Assembly: GCA_965223905.1 (NCBI GenBank)
Contig: CBDCXV010000009.1
Coordinates: 1-64,000 of the forward strand
DNA: 64,000 nucleotides
Source: Candidatus Latescibacterota bacterium
GTDB taxonomy: Bacteria; Latescibacterota; UBA2968; UBA8231
Direction of reading: 5' to 3'
How positions within the stretch are numbered: position 1 is the first letter of the stretch; every line of letters starts with the position of its first letter. Positions 1 through 8,913 of this stretch are shown piece after piece. Below the pieces are notes generated by a model. The model saw only the letters and a list, made by a program, of their open reading frames with translations, did not search any database and was not told where the DNA came from. The translations under genes were made by a program, and so were the position numbers.

Positions 1-1
1 C

Positions 2-1516
2 GAGGGGAACATGCTGTTCTACGACTTCGGCGTCGCCTCCCCCGCGATCTCGGAGAATGTCCGCCGCGCCCGCGGCTTCGCCGCGATGTTCACCGGGGAA
101 GATCCCCGGGCACCCAACTACGATCGCCGGTACCGTATCCTGCGCTCCCCGGTGACGACCAGCCGCGGCCCCCGGCTGCAGGCGGACCGGCACCTCGCAA
201 AGACGCTGCTCACCGCCAGGGACTGGGAGAAGGAGCGGTTCTACGGAATCCGGGCGAGCCTCCACCCTCACGTCGAGGAGCTCGAGCTTGACTGGGACCG
301 CGATCCGCAGCGCCGCGCCGAAATCGTCCGCCTCGCCGGCGAGGTCGTGCTCGACGGGGACGTCCCCCAGAACATGGCGGCCACCGCCCTGGTCGCCAAC
401 GCCTATCTCTACAGCGGCGAGGAGAAGTACCGGCAGTGGGTGCTCGACTACGTCGAGGCCTGGATCGAGCGGATGCGGCGGAACGGGGGCATCATGCCGG
501 ACAACGTCGGGCCCACCGGGGTGATCGGCGAAAACCGCGGCGGCCAGTGGTGGGGCGGGTACTACGGATGGAACAGCCGCTTTTCCCCCCGGATCATGCT
601 CAACGGCACCATCGTCGGCGCCGAGTGCGCCCTGTTGCTGAGCGGGGACTACGGATACCTCGATGTCCTGCGCTCGCAGCTGAACCTGCTGTTCGACAAC
701 GCCGTCAGCGACGGCGACGGCCAGCTCCTGCTGCCCCATCGCTACGGCCCGGACGGCTGGTACCACTTCCGGCGCTTCCGCATTGTCGACGCCGCCCACC
801 TCTGGCACGCCTCGATGGAGCGGCGCGACTACGAGCTGATCGAGCGGCTGCGCGCCGGAGACCGGGAGGGCGACTGGAACCGGCTCGACTCGTTCGGGGA
901 GAAGAACAACCGCGAGGGGGACTCCGAGTACTGCCGCTTCCAGTACTACGACGGCCGCAATCCCGACTGGCCGGTGCAGGTGATGCGGGGAGAGCTGCGC
1001 TACGTGCAGGAAACCGCGGAGGCGATCCGCGCCGATAGCCGCGGCGTCGAGACCATCATCGAAGAGAACCGGAATCCCCCCAATCCCGTGGTGACCAAGG
1101 GACTGACGCAGATGACGACGGGGTCGCCGCACAGCATCTACAACGGCGGCCTGCTGCGGTCGACGGTCCGTCACTTCGACGCCGACGCCCGCCGCCCCGG
1201 CCTGCCGGAAGATGTCGCCGCCTTCGTCGATCTGCTCGAGGCGGAGCGGGTGGGGCTGCAACTGGTGAACACGGGGGCGGCGAACCGCAACCTCGTCCTC
1301 CAGGCCGGAGCCTTCGGCGAGCACAGATTCACCGATCTGATCTGCGGCGATGCAGAGGGAGGCCGGCCGCTGGCAGTAAACTCCAGGCACCTCGCGGTGC
1401 GGCTCCCCCCGGAGACCGGCATCCGCCTCGAGATCGGACTGCGGCGATTCGCCAACCGGCCGGGCTACGCCTTCCCGTGGCACGGCGACAGGATCCCGGT
1501 GCCGTTTCAGCCTTGA
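2..1516 (+). CDS. Conserved hypothetical protein, probably 5'-truncated by the window edge
   Basis: Frame is open from base 2 (ATG at 11), ~500 aa with host-like codon usage, Trp/Tyr/Gly-rich; no family recognised with confidence. Confidence 0.75.
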   Translation, partial: EGNMLFYDFGVASPAISENVRRARGFAAMFTGEDPRAPNYDRRYRILRSPVTTSRGPRLQADRHLAKTLLTARDWEKERFYGIRASLHPHVEELELDWDRDPQRRAEIVRLAGEVVLDGDVPQNMAATALVANAYLYSGEEKYRQWVLDYVEAWIERMRRNGGIMPDNVGPTGVIGENRGGQWWGGYYGWNSRFSPRIMLNGTIVGAECALLLSGDYGYLDVLRSQLNLLFDNAVSDGDGQLLLPHRYGPDGWYHFRRFRIVDAAHLWHASMERRDYELIERLRAGDREGDWNRLDSFGEKNNREGDSEYCRFQYYDGRNPDWPVQVMRGELRYVQETAEAIRADSRGVETIIEENRNPPNPVVTKGLTQMTTGSPHSIYNGGLLRSTVRHFDADARRPGLPEDVAAFVDLLEAERVGLQLVNTGAANRNLVLQAGAFGEHRFTDLICGDAEGGRPLAVNSRHLAVRLPPETGIRLEIGLRRFANRPGYAFPWHGDRIPVPFQP

Positions 1517-1568
1517 GGGGATTTTCCCGGGGCCGTAGCCGGTTCTCCCCCTGCAAGTAGTAGAGTCG

Positions 1569-3209
1569 TGGACTAGCCCTGCGCATGTGGGGCGAACCTG
1601 CCGAAGTGTTGAACGAGGAGTACGCGATCCGGTACATCCCCACGCGTGTGGGGAGAACGAGACCATCGAGACCCTCGACGCGCTCGGCAACGGTACATCC
1701 CCACGCGTGTGGGGAGAACACTACTCGGCAAGCTCGCCGGCGCCCGCAAGGCGGTTCATCCCCACGCGTGTGGGGAGAACTTTCTACTACTTTCCGCTCC
1801 CGGTGCTACCTGAATTACGGTTCATCCCCACGCGTGTGGGGAGAACTTCTCTGCCTCCACCGAACCGAGCATTGTATTTCGGTTCATCCCCACGCGTGTG
1901 GGGAACAACGACATGATTTAATTCCGGACGGTCGACCTGGATAAACGGTTCATCCCCACGCGTGTGGGGAGAACTACGCCATCGCGGCACCGAGCGGCAT
2001 GTCTTTCGGTACATCCCCACGCGTGTGGGGAGAACGATTTCGTCGGTGCGAGACTTCCCGAGCTTCGCGGTTCATCCCCACGCGTGTGGGGAGAACGAGG
2101 ACGGGCTAAACGTGCGAGACGAGGTTCTGATCGGTTCATCCCCACGCGTGTGGGGAGAACGAGGACGGGCTGACGTGCGAGGAGGTTCTGATCGGTTCAT
2201 CCCCACGCGTGTGGGGAGACACTCCATCATGCAGCGGTAGCGTCCAACCCGGCGACGGTTCATCCCCACGCGTGTGGGGAGACACGCCCCCGGGCCCGCC
2301 CGCGAAAGAGGCATCGCCGACGGTTCATCCCCACGCGTGTGGGGAGAACCAGGTCGATCTCGTAGGGGAGGTTGACGGTCTCGGTACATCCCCACGCGTG
2401 TGGGGAGAACGTGGACGCCTACACCGGTCTGCTCGGGTACCGCGGTACATCCCCACGCGTGTGGGGAGAACGGCATGACGGAACTGCTCTGCCTTCTCGA
2501 TTCCGGTACATCCCCACGCGTGTGGGGGAGAACGAACTCACTAAGCGGAAAGGCAACCTCGCTTCCGGTTCATCCCCACGCGTGTGGGGAGACACTCAAC
2601 CTCACCGCGAGTGAAGCTGCGGGCCTGCGGTTCATCCCCACGCGTGTGGGGAGACACGGCATGACGGAACTCTCTGCCATTCTCGATTCCGGTACATCCC
2701 CACGCGTGTGGGGAGAACGAACTCACTAAGCGGAAAGGCAACCTCGCTTCCGGTTCATCCCCACGCGTGTGGGGAGACACGGCTCCCGCCACGGATACGA
2801 CCGTTTTCAAATGCGGTTCATCCCCACGCGTGTGGGGAGACACGGACAGGTCGCCAATGCCGACCTCGTGGCGAACGGTTCATCCCCACGCGTGTGGGGA
2901 GAACGGCATCGGCGGCGGGGTGGAACTGCCCGGATCCGGTACATCCCCACGCGTGTGGGGAGAACGTCTCGTCCGGCACTTTGATCGCAACCAATAACGG
3001 TACATCCCCACGCGTGTGGGGAGAACTGCCGGCATCGCGCTCCGCGGGCGTGATCCGCCGGTACATCCCCACGCGTGTGGGGAGAACGGCTTGAGGGGAA
3101 GCTCGGTACTCGGAGACGACGGTACATCCCCACGCGTGTGGGGAGAACCATCCGCCCGTGCTCGTTATGGGCACCAGTCCCGGTACATCCCCACGCGTGT
3201 GGGGAGAAC
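1569..3209 (-). CRISPR. Type I-E CRISPR array, 27 repeats (one degenerate terminal copy at 1569-1597) and 26 spacers, mostly 32 nt
   Basis: Repeat on + is CGGT[A/T]CATCCCCACGCGTGTGGGGAGAAC (29 nt; - strand GTTCTCCCCACACGCGTGGGGATG[T/A]ACCG) with a ~61-nt period and a CCCCAC/GTGGGG hairpin; adjacent to I-E cas genes; degenerate copy at the low-coordinate end indicates - orientation. Confidence 0.98.
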
Positions 3210-3304
3210 TCCTACAAATTGCATAGGAATAGTGTGGACAGCGCTACATCTTGGAGTCGAGTGCACTTGATATCCGAGCGCCTGCAACCCCAACCAGGCT
3301 ATGC
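3210..3304 (-). promoter_or_regulatory. CRISPR leader region
   Basis: Short non-coding, less GC-rich stretch between the last cas-operon gene and the first uniform repeat, opposite the degenerate end. Confidence 0.7.
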
Positions 3305-4060
3305 TCAGCTCCTGGTAATCTGAGGTACGCCCATCGGGTGGCCGCTCATTGACTGCCCATACAGGCGAACCAAAATCCGTTTCAGATTGACTACATCCTC
3401 TGCATTGTATTCAAGTAACTGCTGCAAGGCACCCGATCGGCCCTTGAGGTGCTCCGCCCATAGTGACCCAGTGTCCGCCCCTGTCAAGTCGGACATCTCA
3501 CGATGAATGCCAAACCTCCTCTCGCACTGTTTCAAACCGCCGCGAAAGCCACGCGAATACAGTTCCAGCCACATATCAAGGTGTGGGTGATCTACACGCG
3601 CTCCCAATTCGCGCCGCAGAAGTGGGAGGTCGAACCGGTCGCCGTTGTAAGAGACGAGAAACTCAACCTTTTCCAAATCCTGTACAAGGTGATGCAGGCT
3701 CGCACCGTTCACGTAGGTCTTGACTTCGTCTTTCCATAGTAGCGCCGCAGTTGTAATTCGATCCCGTGAACTCAGGCCAGTGGTTTCAATGTCGATGAAG
3801 GCGGTGCGACCAGCGATATGGGGCCAAATCCGAACTCGTTCTCCGCAAGGGAGGGTTTGTAGAAAAAACCTCCACGCCTGCCGCTGTAAAGCTGATTGAC
3901 TCGCATCGAGGTGTCTACCAACCCTGCAGGACTTGCCTTTGCCTAAGAATTCTTCCGCTCGCAAGCGCAGATCCCGCCAGCATAAGACACCCTTCCGCCA
4001 CAGTTTCATCTCAGCGGAAACGCCGAGTCCGTCGAGATGACAGAAGGTCCGCTCCAGCAT
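3305..4060 (-). CDS. YprB-like / RNase_H_2 DEDDy 3'-5' exonuclease, CRISPR-associated by position
   Basis: Motifs FIDIETTGL (ExoI), SYNGDRFDLP (ExoII), YNAEDV (ExoIII); start overlaps the cas2 stop (TGATG). Confidence 0.85.
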   Translation of the reverse strand: MLERTFCHLDGLGVSAEMKLWRKGVLCWRDLRLRAEEFLGKGKSCRVGRHLDASQSALQRQAWRFFLQTLPCGERVRIWPHIAGRTAFIDIETTGLSSRDRITTAALLWKDEVKTYVNGASLHHLVQDLEKVEFLVSYNGDRFDLPLLRRELGARVDHPHLDMWLELYSRGFRGGLKQCERRFGIHREMSDLTGADTGSLWAEHLKGRSGALQQLLEYNAEDVVNLKRILVRLYGQSMSGHPMGVPQITRS

Positions 4061-4353
4061 CAGGCTGGTTCAGGCTCTTTCCATTTCTCGGCAATAAGGG
4101 CCAAGCCGCACTCGCTCACGATGCTGCGTGGATTTTGGCCATAGGACTCGACGAAGAAGCCCTGCGCGGAGTCGTCGCTGGAGATCACTAACATTCCCAT
4201 TTCTTGCCCATGCCGCCGAACGTAGGCGATCACATTTTCTCGTGTACGGCGGTTGACTGTGCCAACGAAAACATTGGCACGAGGTTCGATAAACCACCGT
4301 TTTAGGAGACCGCGCACCGCAGGAGGTGTATGACTGGCGACGATGACGGTCAA
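4060..4353 (-). CDS. cas2: Type I-E Cas2
   Basis: 97 aa, PPAVRGLLKRWFIEPRANVFVG typical of Cas2e; TTG start overlaps the cas1 stop. Confidence 0.93.
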   Translation of the reverse strand: MTVIVASHTPPAVRGLLKRWFIEPRANVFVGTVNRRTRENVIAYVRRHGQEMGMLVISSDDSAQGFFVESYGQNPRSIVSECGLALIAEKWKEPEPA

Positions 4354-5183
4354 TGCAAAAGCTCGGAGATATCCCGGGGCATACGACGGAGCAACCGAAC
4401 TTCCTCGATTTTTATTTTCAATAGGGAGAGTACCTGCTTCTCATCCGCATCGGGATCCAGACTCACAGCGTGAAATGCAGCCGGAAGTGTCGTTTCAGGC
4501 TTGTACATATCCGCTATGTCGAAGACAAACGGCAAGGTTCCTCCAAGGTGGATAAAACCGAGTTGCGGCAGGTATCCCATGGAACACACGACGGCCGTTG
4601 TCAGTGCGTACAGTGCAGCATTTGCGGCCGAAACCGCCCGGTTGATATTGTCGGCGAGATGCCAGTTGCTCTTGTCGTACTGGCGTCCTTTCCATGTCAC
4701 ACCGTAACGCCGGCCCATTTCCTCATATAGCCCCTTGACTCTCCGACCTTCCATTCCTCGAAGCTCCTGAATGCCGATGCCGGTTAATTCTTCGCCTGGA
4801 AAGCGCTTGGCAAACATCCGATGGGCGATCTCCCGGCTCTTCGAGCGCGAAGCGCGTTGAGTAGCGTGGTGGCGGGCGTTGTCACTGTCGTGGGTCGGGC
4901 TCACGCCGAATGAGTAGAAATGTGTTCCCTCTTCACCTACCCAGCACACCGGAGTATTGCACTCACTGCAGGCTTTAATCGCCGCGTGTGTAACAGTTGT
5001 TCCGGGTCCGAGCATGAGAGCGCTTAGGGTGGCTATGGGAATTCGTAGGACTGTTCGATCTGCGCCGATCCACTTCACACTGGCATCGTCCACCTCCAAG
5101 CGTCCATGCTCGAGGTAAAGAGGGGTCCAACGTTCCCTTGCCGGTGTCAATGTATCGAGTGGAGGTTTCTCAAAGACGGGCAT
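4350..5183 (-). CDS. cas1: Type I-E Cas1
   Basis: LMLGPGTTVTHAA, LRGMEGRRVK, LGFIH, FVFDIADMYK motifs. Confidence 0.97.
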   Translation of the reverse strand: MPVFEKPPLDTLTPARERWTPLYLEHGRLEVDDASVKWIGADRTVLRIPIATLSALMLGPGTTVTHAAIKACSECNTPVCWVGEEGTHFYSFGVSPTHDSDNARHHATQRASRSKSREIAHRMFAKRFPGEELTGIGIQELRGMEGRRVKGLYEEMGRRYGVTWKGRQYDKSNWHLADNINRAVSAANAALYALTTAVVCSMGYLPQLGFIHLGGTLPFVFDIADMYKPETTLPAAFHAVSLDPDADEKQVLSLLKIKIEEVRLLRRMPRDISELLH

Positions 5184-5195
5184 CAGGCTGCCCTG

Positions 5196-5894
5196 CTATT
5201 CTGCCTCGAGTTCGTCCGGGCTGCCTGTCCAAACTCTCCGGGGCTGGTTTCGTTGAGAAGAATCGAAGACGGCGACGAGCGGGACATCCATCAATGTATC
5301 CGTACCGTCTTCGAATCTGTCGACTTCCCTGACCAAGCGGACGAGGTATCCGCCTGAGTGGTTGGTCAGATGATCGATGGCCTCGTCTCGAGAGCGGTGC
5401 AGCCCCTGGCAAATGAGGTCGGCGGGCAAGCAGCATTTTCGCCCCAGCCACACACCCCACTTGGGATCAAACAGTGCCGCCTCGCAACGCCGGAGGAGCG
5501 ATACCTGACCCGTGAGCACAGCACCAAAGGCCGCATCTGCAAGGTACTCCCGTTCTGTCAGAACAGTACCTTTCGGCTTGCCGTCTTCGGCAGTGGTGGG
5601 AATGAATCCGCCCTCCGTTTCGCGATTGTAGCCGCCGCCAACGGTGTGATAGTCTCCCCAGAGGGTCAGTCGGTGCTTCTTCTCGAAAACAAGAATCTCC
5701 ATGGACAGTTCTGCGAGTGTCTCCAGCATAGTCTGGTCAGCGCGCTGGACCCCCATGGCCGCACACAGGATTCCCGTGATACCGCTTCTCGTGGGGTACG
5801 GTAGTGTTGTTCGACGATTATATCGGCTTGAAATTCCCCATGATTGCATCGGTCCATCAAGATACAGCGCCAGGACCTCGCTCTCAGGTGACAT
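5196..5894 (-). CDS. cas5: Type I-E Cas5 (CasD)
   Basis: LDGPMQSWG, PTRSGITGILCAAMG, DYHTV, REYLADA, LGRKCC; start placed at ATG 5894 overlapping the cas7 end. Confidence 0.95.
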   Translation of the reverse strand: MSPESEVLALYLDGPMQSWGISSRYNRRTTLPYPTRSGITGILCAAMGVQRADQTMLETLAELSMEILVFEKKHRLTLWGDYHTVGGGYNRETEGGFIPTTAEDGKPKGTVLTEREYLADAAFGAVLTGQVSLLRRCEAALFDPKWGVWLGRKCCLPADLICQGLHRSRDEAIDHLTNHSGGYLVRLVREVDRFEDGTDTLMDVPLVAVFDSSQRNQPRRVWTGSPDELEAE

Positions 5895-6951
5895 GACTGA
5901 CCAAACCTTTGATCTGAGCATCGAGGGTGATTTCAGGTACGCGGTACGCCGTGCCATCAAGGCCGTACGTCTTTTTCAGGGTTTCGTAATGTTCCTCGAG
6001 GGCCTCGCGGGATTTTTCAACCAGTCCGTCGGAGGACCAGATCGGCTTCTCGAAGGCATTCGCGAGGGAAAGAGGTTGACCCGACTTCCGGTGAAGACCC
6101 AGTATGAACTGCGGTCTCGTGGCGGCGAACATTGAAGTGTGACGGGCGCTCGGCACCGCTTCCACAATTGCCCTAAGAAAGGTTGTAACGACCGCTTTGC
6201 GATCATCCGGCGTGAGATGATGCAAGTGATCTTTATCGGCAAGAAGGTCCAGGTTGATTCCTGCATACCGGTAATAGCAGGCAGCATTGAACTCCAGGGT
6301 CCCCATGTGTCCGGCGCCTTCGGACTCGTCAGGTTTCAAGTCATCAACTGCCGTGAAGAAATCGATCTCGTTGCTCACGCGATGAGTCGAAATGGCATGG
6401 CTGAAGAATGCGGCACCCTCCAGAGTTAGAGAATGGTCGTCGGCCACCATACGGCCAAACATGGCAATGTCGGCCATGTCGCGCGGGCGTGTCTCACCAA
6501 GGGCCTTTTTCAAATTTCCTCGCTTGAGCTGGACTTTCTCACTTTCCTCAATGTCCCGAACTGCGGCGTCGGCAATCGCTTCGATTTCTCCAGGCGATAA
6601 ATAAAGTGCTACGGCGGACTTGTGCGCGTCTTTGTATTTCTTGTCCTGCTTGCCGAGGAAAGTCACAATGCTGGCGCTCTCCTCTCGGGCTATTTTCGGA
6701 TCGACTCCCTTCGATAGGAGGGTGTGCTCGAGTTTCTCGGCAGCGAAATGCCCTCGCTGTCCAGCAAAATGCTCTGGCGAGTTGTAACGCGCGTGCAGGC
6801 GGATCGCACGTTTCCAGGACTGGCTCGACACACGCGCCCGCGGTGCACCGCCGAATACCGCCGTTTTGGGTGCGCCTACATCGTCGCGATTGAGGCAGGA
6901 CACCGGAAAAGATTGCACGATGTGCAGCTCGATGAGTTCCATGGATTCCAT
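5884..6951 (-). CDS. cas7: Type I-E Cas7 (Cse4/CasC)
   Basis: LNRDDVGAPKTAVFGG, RVSSQSWKRAIR, DIAMFGRMVA, DFFTAVDD motifs. Confidence 0.97.
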   Translation of the reverse strand: MESMELIELHIVQSFPVSCLNRDDVGAPKTAVFGGAPRARVSSQSWKRAIRLHARYNSPEHFAGQRGHFAAEKLEHTLLSKGVDPKIAREESASIVTFLGKQDKKYKDAHKSAVALYLSPGEIEAIADAAVRDIEESEKVQLKRGNLKKALGETRPRDMADIAMFGRMVADDHSLTLEGAAFFSHAISTHRVSNEIDFFTAVDDLKPDESEGAGHMGTLEFNAACYYRYAGINLDLLADKDHLHHLTPDDRKAVVTTFLRAIVEAVPSARHTSMFAATRPQFILGLHRKSGQPLSLANAFEKPIWSSDGLVEKSREALEEHYETLKKTYGLDGTAYRVPEITLDAQIKGLVSHVT

Positions 6952-6982
6952 CTCCTACTCTATCTGTGTGTCGCGTCCCGTG

Positions 6983-7387
6983 TTATTCCTCCGACTTCTG
7001 GAGATAACGCGCCCCAAGAGCGAAAATCTCGGCGGCGGCCAGGACCGCATTGTTGGCATCTGTCCGGTCGGGATCGGCAGTCTCACCCGGATAGCGCACT
7101 TGCACTGCATATTCGGAGAGTTGCGAGCATACCTCTCGGAATTGATCCAGTTCGGGTACCAGACGTGCCGACCTTTCCAGCAGCGGCATCAGATCGTGGA
7201 TGCGTTGGTACTGCACGCCCGCAGCCGTGAGGATCGCCTTGAGGGTCTTTTCCGCGGTCTGCTGTGAGTGGAAGCACGATATGTCGGTGGGACCGTCCTC
7301 AGCATCGAGAACAAGCCGTGCAGTGAAGAGGTCGTGACGGGCCTTCTCCAGCCACTGTGCCGCGAGCGCTTTATCCAGATCGTTCAT
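6983..7387 (-). CDS. HEPN domain protein (COG2250-like)
   Basis: 134 aa; WLEKARHDL, CFHSQQTAEKTLKA, RIHDL, RYPG pattern; overlaps the upstream MNT by 17 nt. Confidence 0.9.
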   Translation of the reverse strand: MNDLDKALAAQWLEKARHDLFTARLVLDAEDGPTDISCFHSQQTAEKTLKAILTAAGVQYQRIHDLMPLLERSARLVPELDQFREVCSQLSEYAVQVRYPGETADPDRTDANNAVLAAAEIFALGARYLQKSEE

Positions 7388-7748
7388 ATACGACGTTCCC
7401 TCGATCGAAGACCTCCGTCACGATATGGTTTGTCGTGCCCCGCCACTTCTCGACTTCGGCTGGCGTGTAGACCAGGATGTCCATGGGGCAAGGGTACGGA
7501 GAGAACAGCAGGCGAATCGGGGCGGCCCGCTTGTGGCGCGGCAGGGTGGAATCCATGACCACCAGCAGATCGAGGTCGCTGTCTTGACCGGTCCGCCCGG
7601 TGGCCGCCGAACCGAACAGGACGATCATTTCAGGATCGCAGTTATGCACGATCGCGCTTATGACACTGTCGATGACATCAGGTGCGATCACAGCCTCTTG
7701 ATCTGGTATCGCCGGCGCCCGCGTCCCTTTCCGAGGCGAGATGTTCAT
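7371..7748 (-). CDS. Minimal nucleotidyltransferase (MNT, Pol beta superfamily)
   Basis: VLFGSAATGRTGQDSDLDLLVV (GS-x10-DxD) and a downstream D in MDILVYTP; ATG 7748 overlaps the cas6 stop (ATGA). Confidence 0.92.
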   Translation of the reverse strand: MNISPRKGTRAPAIPDQEAVIAPDVIDSVISAIVHNCDPEMIVLFGSAATGRTGQDSDLDLLVVMDSTLPRHKRAAPIRLLFSPYPCPMDILVYTPAEVEKWRGTTNHIVTEVFDRGNVVYERSG

Positions 7749-8386
7749 GGCGCGTGGCCGCCATTCTCTGCGCTGGTTGCTTTCAGAAGCAGGAGGCCGA
7801 ACCCGAACGCCTTGGCCGGTCCGACTCCTTTCCGGTACGTCTCGTCGAAGCGTTGCTGGTCCGTAACCGTCAGTATGCCATCGTAATCCACGCGAGCGTG
7901 TGTTATGCGCTGTTTCTTGCGCCAGGAGGTCTGGTCCACGGGCGGCGATACTCGCAGGTGAGCACCCTCTATACTGAACCCGCCTGACTTGCTCTTGCGG
8001 TCCAACCACGCCCGCAGCTCGGCCGGATCGCAGACCCGCGTGCGACGGCCATTTCGCTTGCGCGCCCCGCTTTCACCCTCGCGGACGACCCGTTTGACGG
8101 TGGGATTCGCACGTAACGAAAAAAAGTAGCGTTCACGGCTCAGGAACCTCGGGGCTACAGAACGCGTCTCCCACACGCCCCACTTCTGCGACGCCGGCGC
8201 AGTCGGGGACAGCATCAACGTTTCGAAGACATCGCGATGTACGTCCGTGCGGCTCAGGAACTCGCGCTCTTGACCATCCTGTCCGGGAAACGCCTTCCAA
8301 AGCTGCTGATGCCACGCATACGCATCCGACAATGCCATACTCAGGGCTTCGGTCTGATCAACGCGAATCCGGGTGAGAAACATCAC
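7745..8386 (-). CDS. cas6: Type I-E Cas6 (Cse3/CasE)
   Basis: YAWHQQLWKAFP, FSLRANPT, C-terminal glycine loop GVGPAKAFGFGLL. Confidence 0.96.
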   Translation of the reverse strand: MMFLTRIRVDQTEALSMALSDAYAWHQQLWKAFPGQDGQEREFLSRTDVHRDVFETLMLSPTAPASQKWGVWETRSVAPRFLSRERYFFSLRANPTVKRVVREGESGARKRNGRRTRVCDPAELRAWLDRKSKSGGFSIEGAHLRVSPPVDQTSWRKKQRITHARVDYDGILTVTDQQRFDETYRKGVGPAKAFGFGLLLLKATSAENGGHAP

Positions 8387-8913
8387 TCAGTCTCCTCAGA
8401 ATCGGCCGGAGGCACACTACCCCAGAATTCGGACGCCCATCGTACTTTGGTCCCCTCACGGGGTTCCGGCCAGCGAAAAGAGCGAAGGTCTCGAAACAAC
8501 TGTTCGTAGTCGACCGGAATCCCTTTCTGTTTGGCAGCACGCACAATTTCACCACTACGGTGGCATATATCCGCAACCGAGTCACACACCAACAGCCGAC
8601 GAAATCGGGCATCGAATGACTCCAGTCCCTTCTGCTCGTCCTGCCCCATGGCAATGAGTCGCATGACGGAACCAAGCCCGCCTTTGCCTCCCGGCTCCGG
8701 GTGGGAGGCAAAGGCGGCGGCAACGGCTATGTGAATCCCGCGCTCGTCGTCTTTCTCGAACAGACGACCGCACCAGCGCGCGATATGAGGCCAAGCCCGG
8801 TACGCTCTATCCGCTGCAAAGCCGTGGCGCAGATCGGCCATCATTCCACGATCCTCACGATTACGGTCCAGCCACTCTATGAAATGGCGAGCATGGTCTT
8901 GAGATTGTGTCAT
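8383..8913 (-). CDS. cse2: Type I-E Cas11 (Cse2/CasB)
   Basis: DRGMMADLR, RFRRLL, VDYEQLFRDL, VRWASEFW; lies between cas8e and cas6 with overlapping start/stop codons. Confidence 0.9.
   Translation of the reverse strand: MTQSQDHARHFIEWLDRNREDRGMMADLRHGFAADRAYRAWPHIARWCGRLFEKDDERGIHIAVAAAFASHPEPGGKGGLGSVMRLIAMGQDEQKGLESFDARFRRLLVCDSVADICHRSGEIVRAAKQKGIPVDYEQLFRDLRSFRWPEPREGTKVRWASEFWGSVPPADSEETE

Noticed and set aside
1659-1690. Spacer resembling ahcY near 23669-23691 (possible self-targeting)
   Set aside because: Only a partial match with several mismatches, as expected by chance in GC-rich coding DNA; no full spacer match was seen in the window by eye
1585-3323. Many short repetitive ORFs on both strands
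   Set aside because: They are translations of the CRISPR repeats (VHPHACGE, IPTRVG, SPRVWG)
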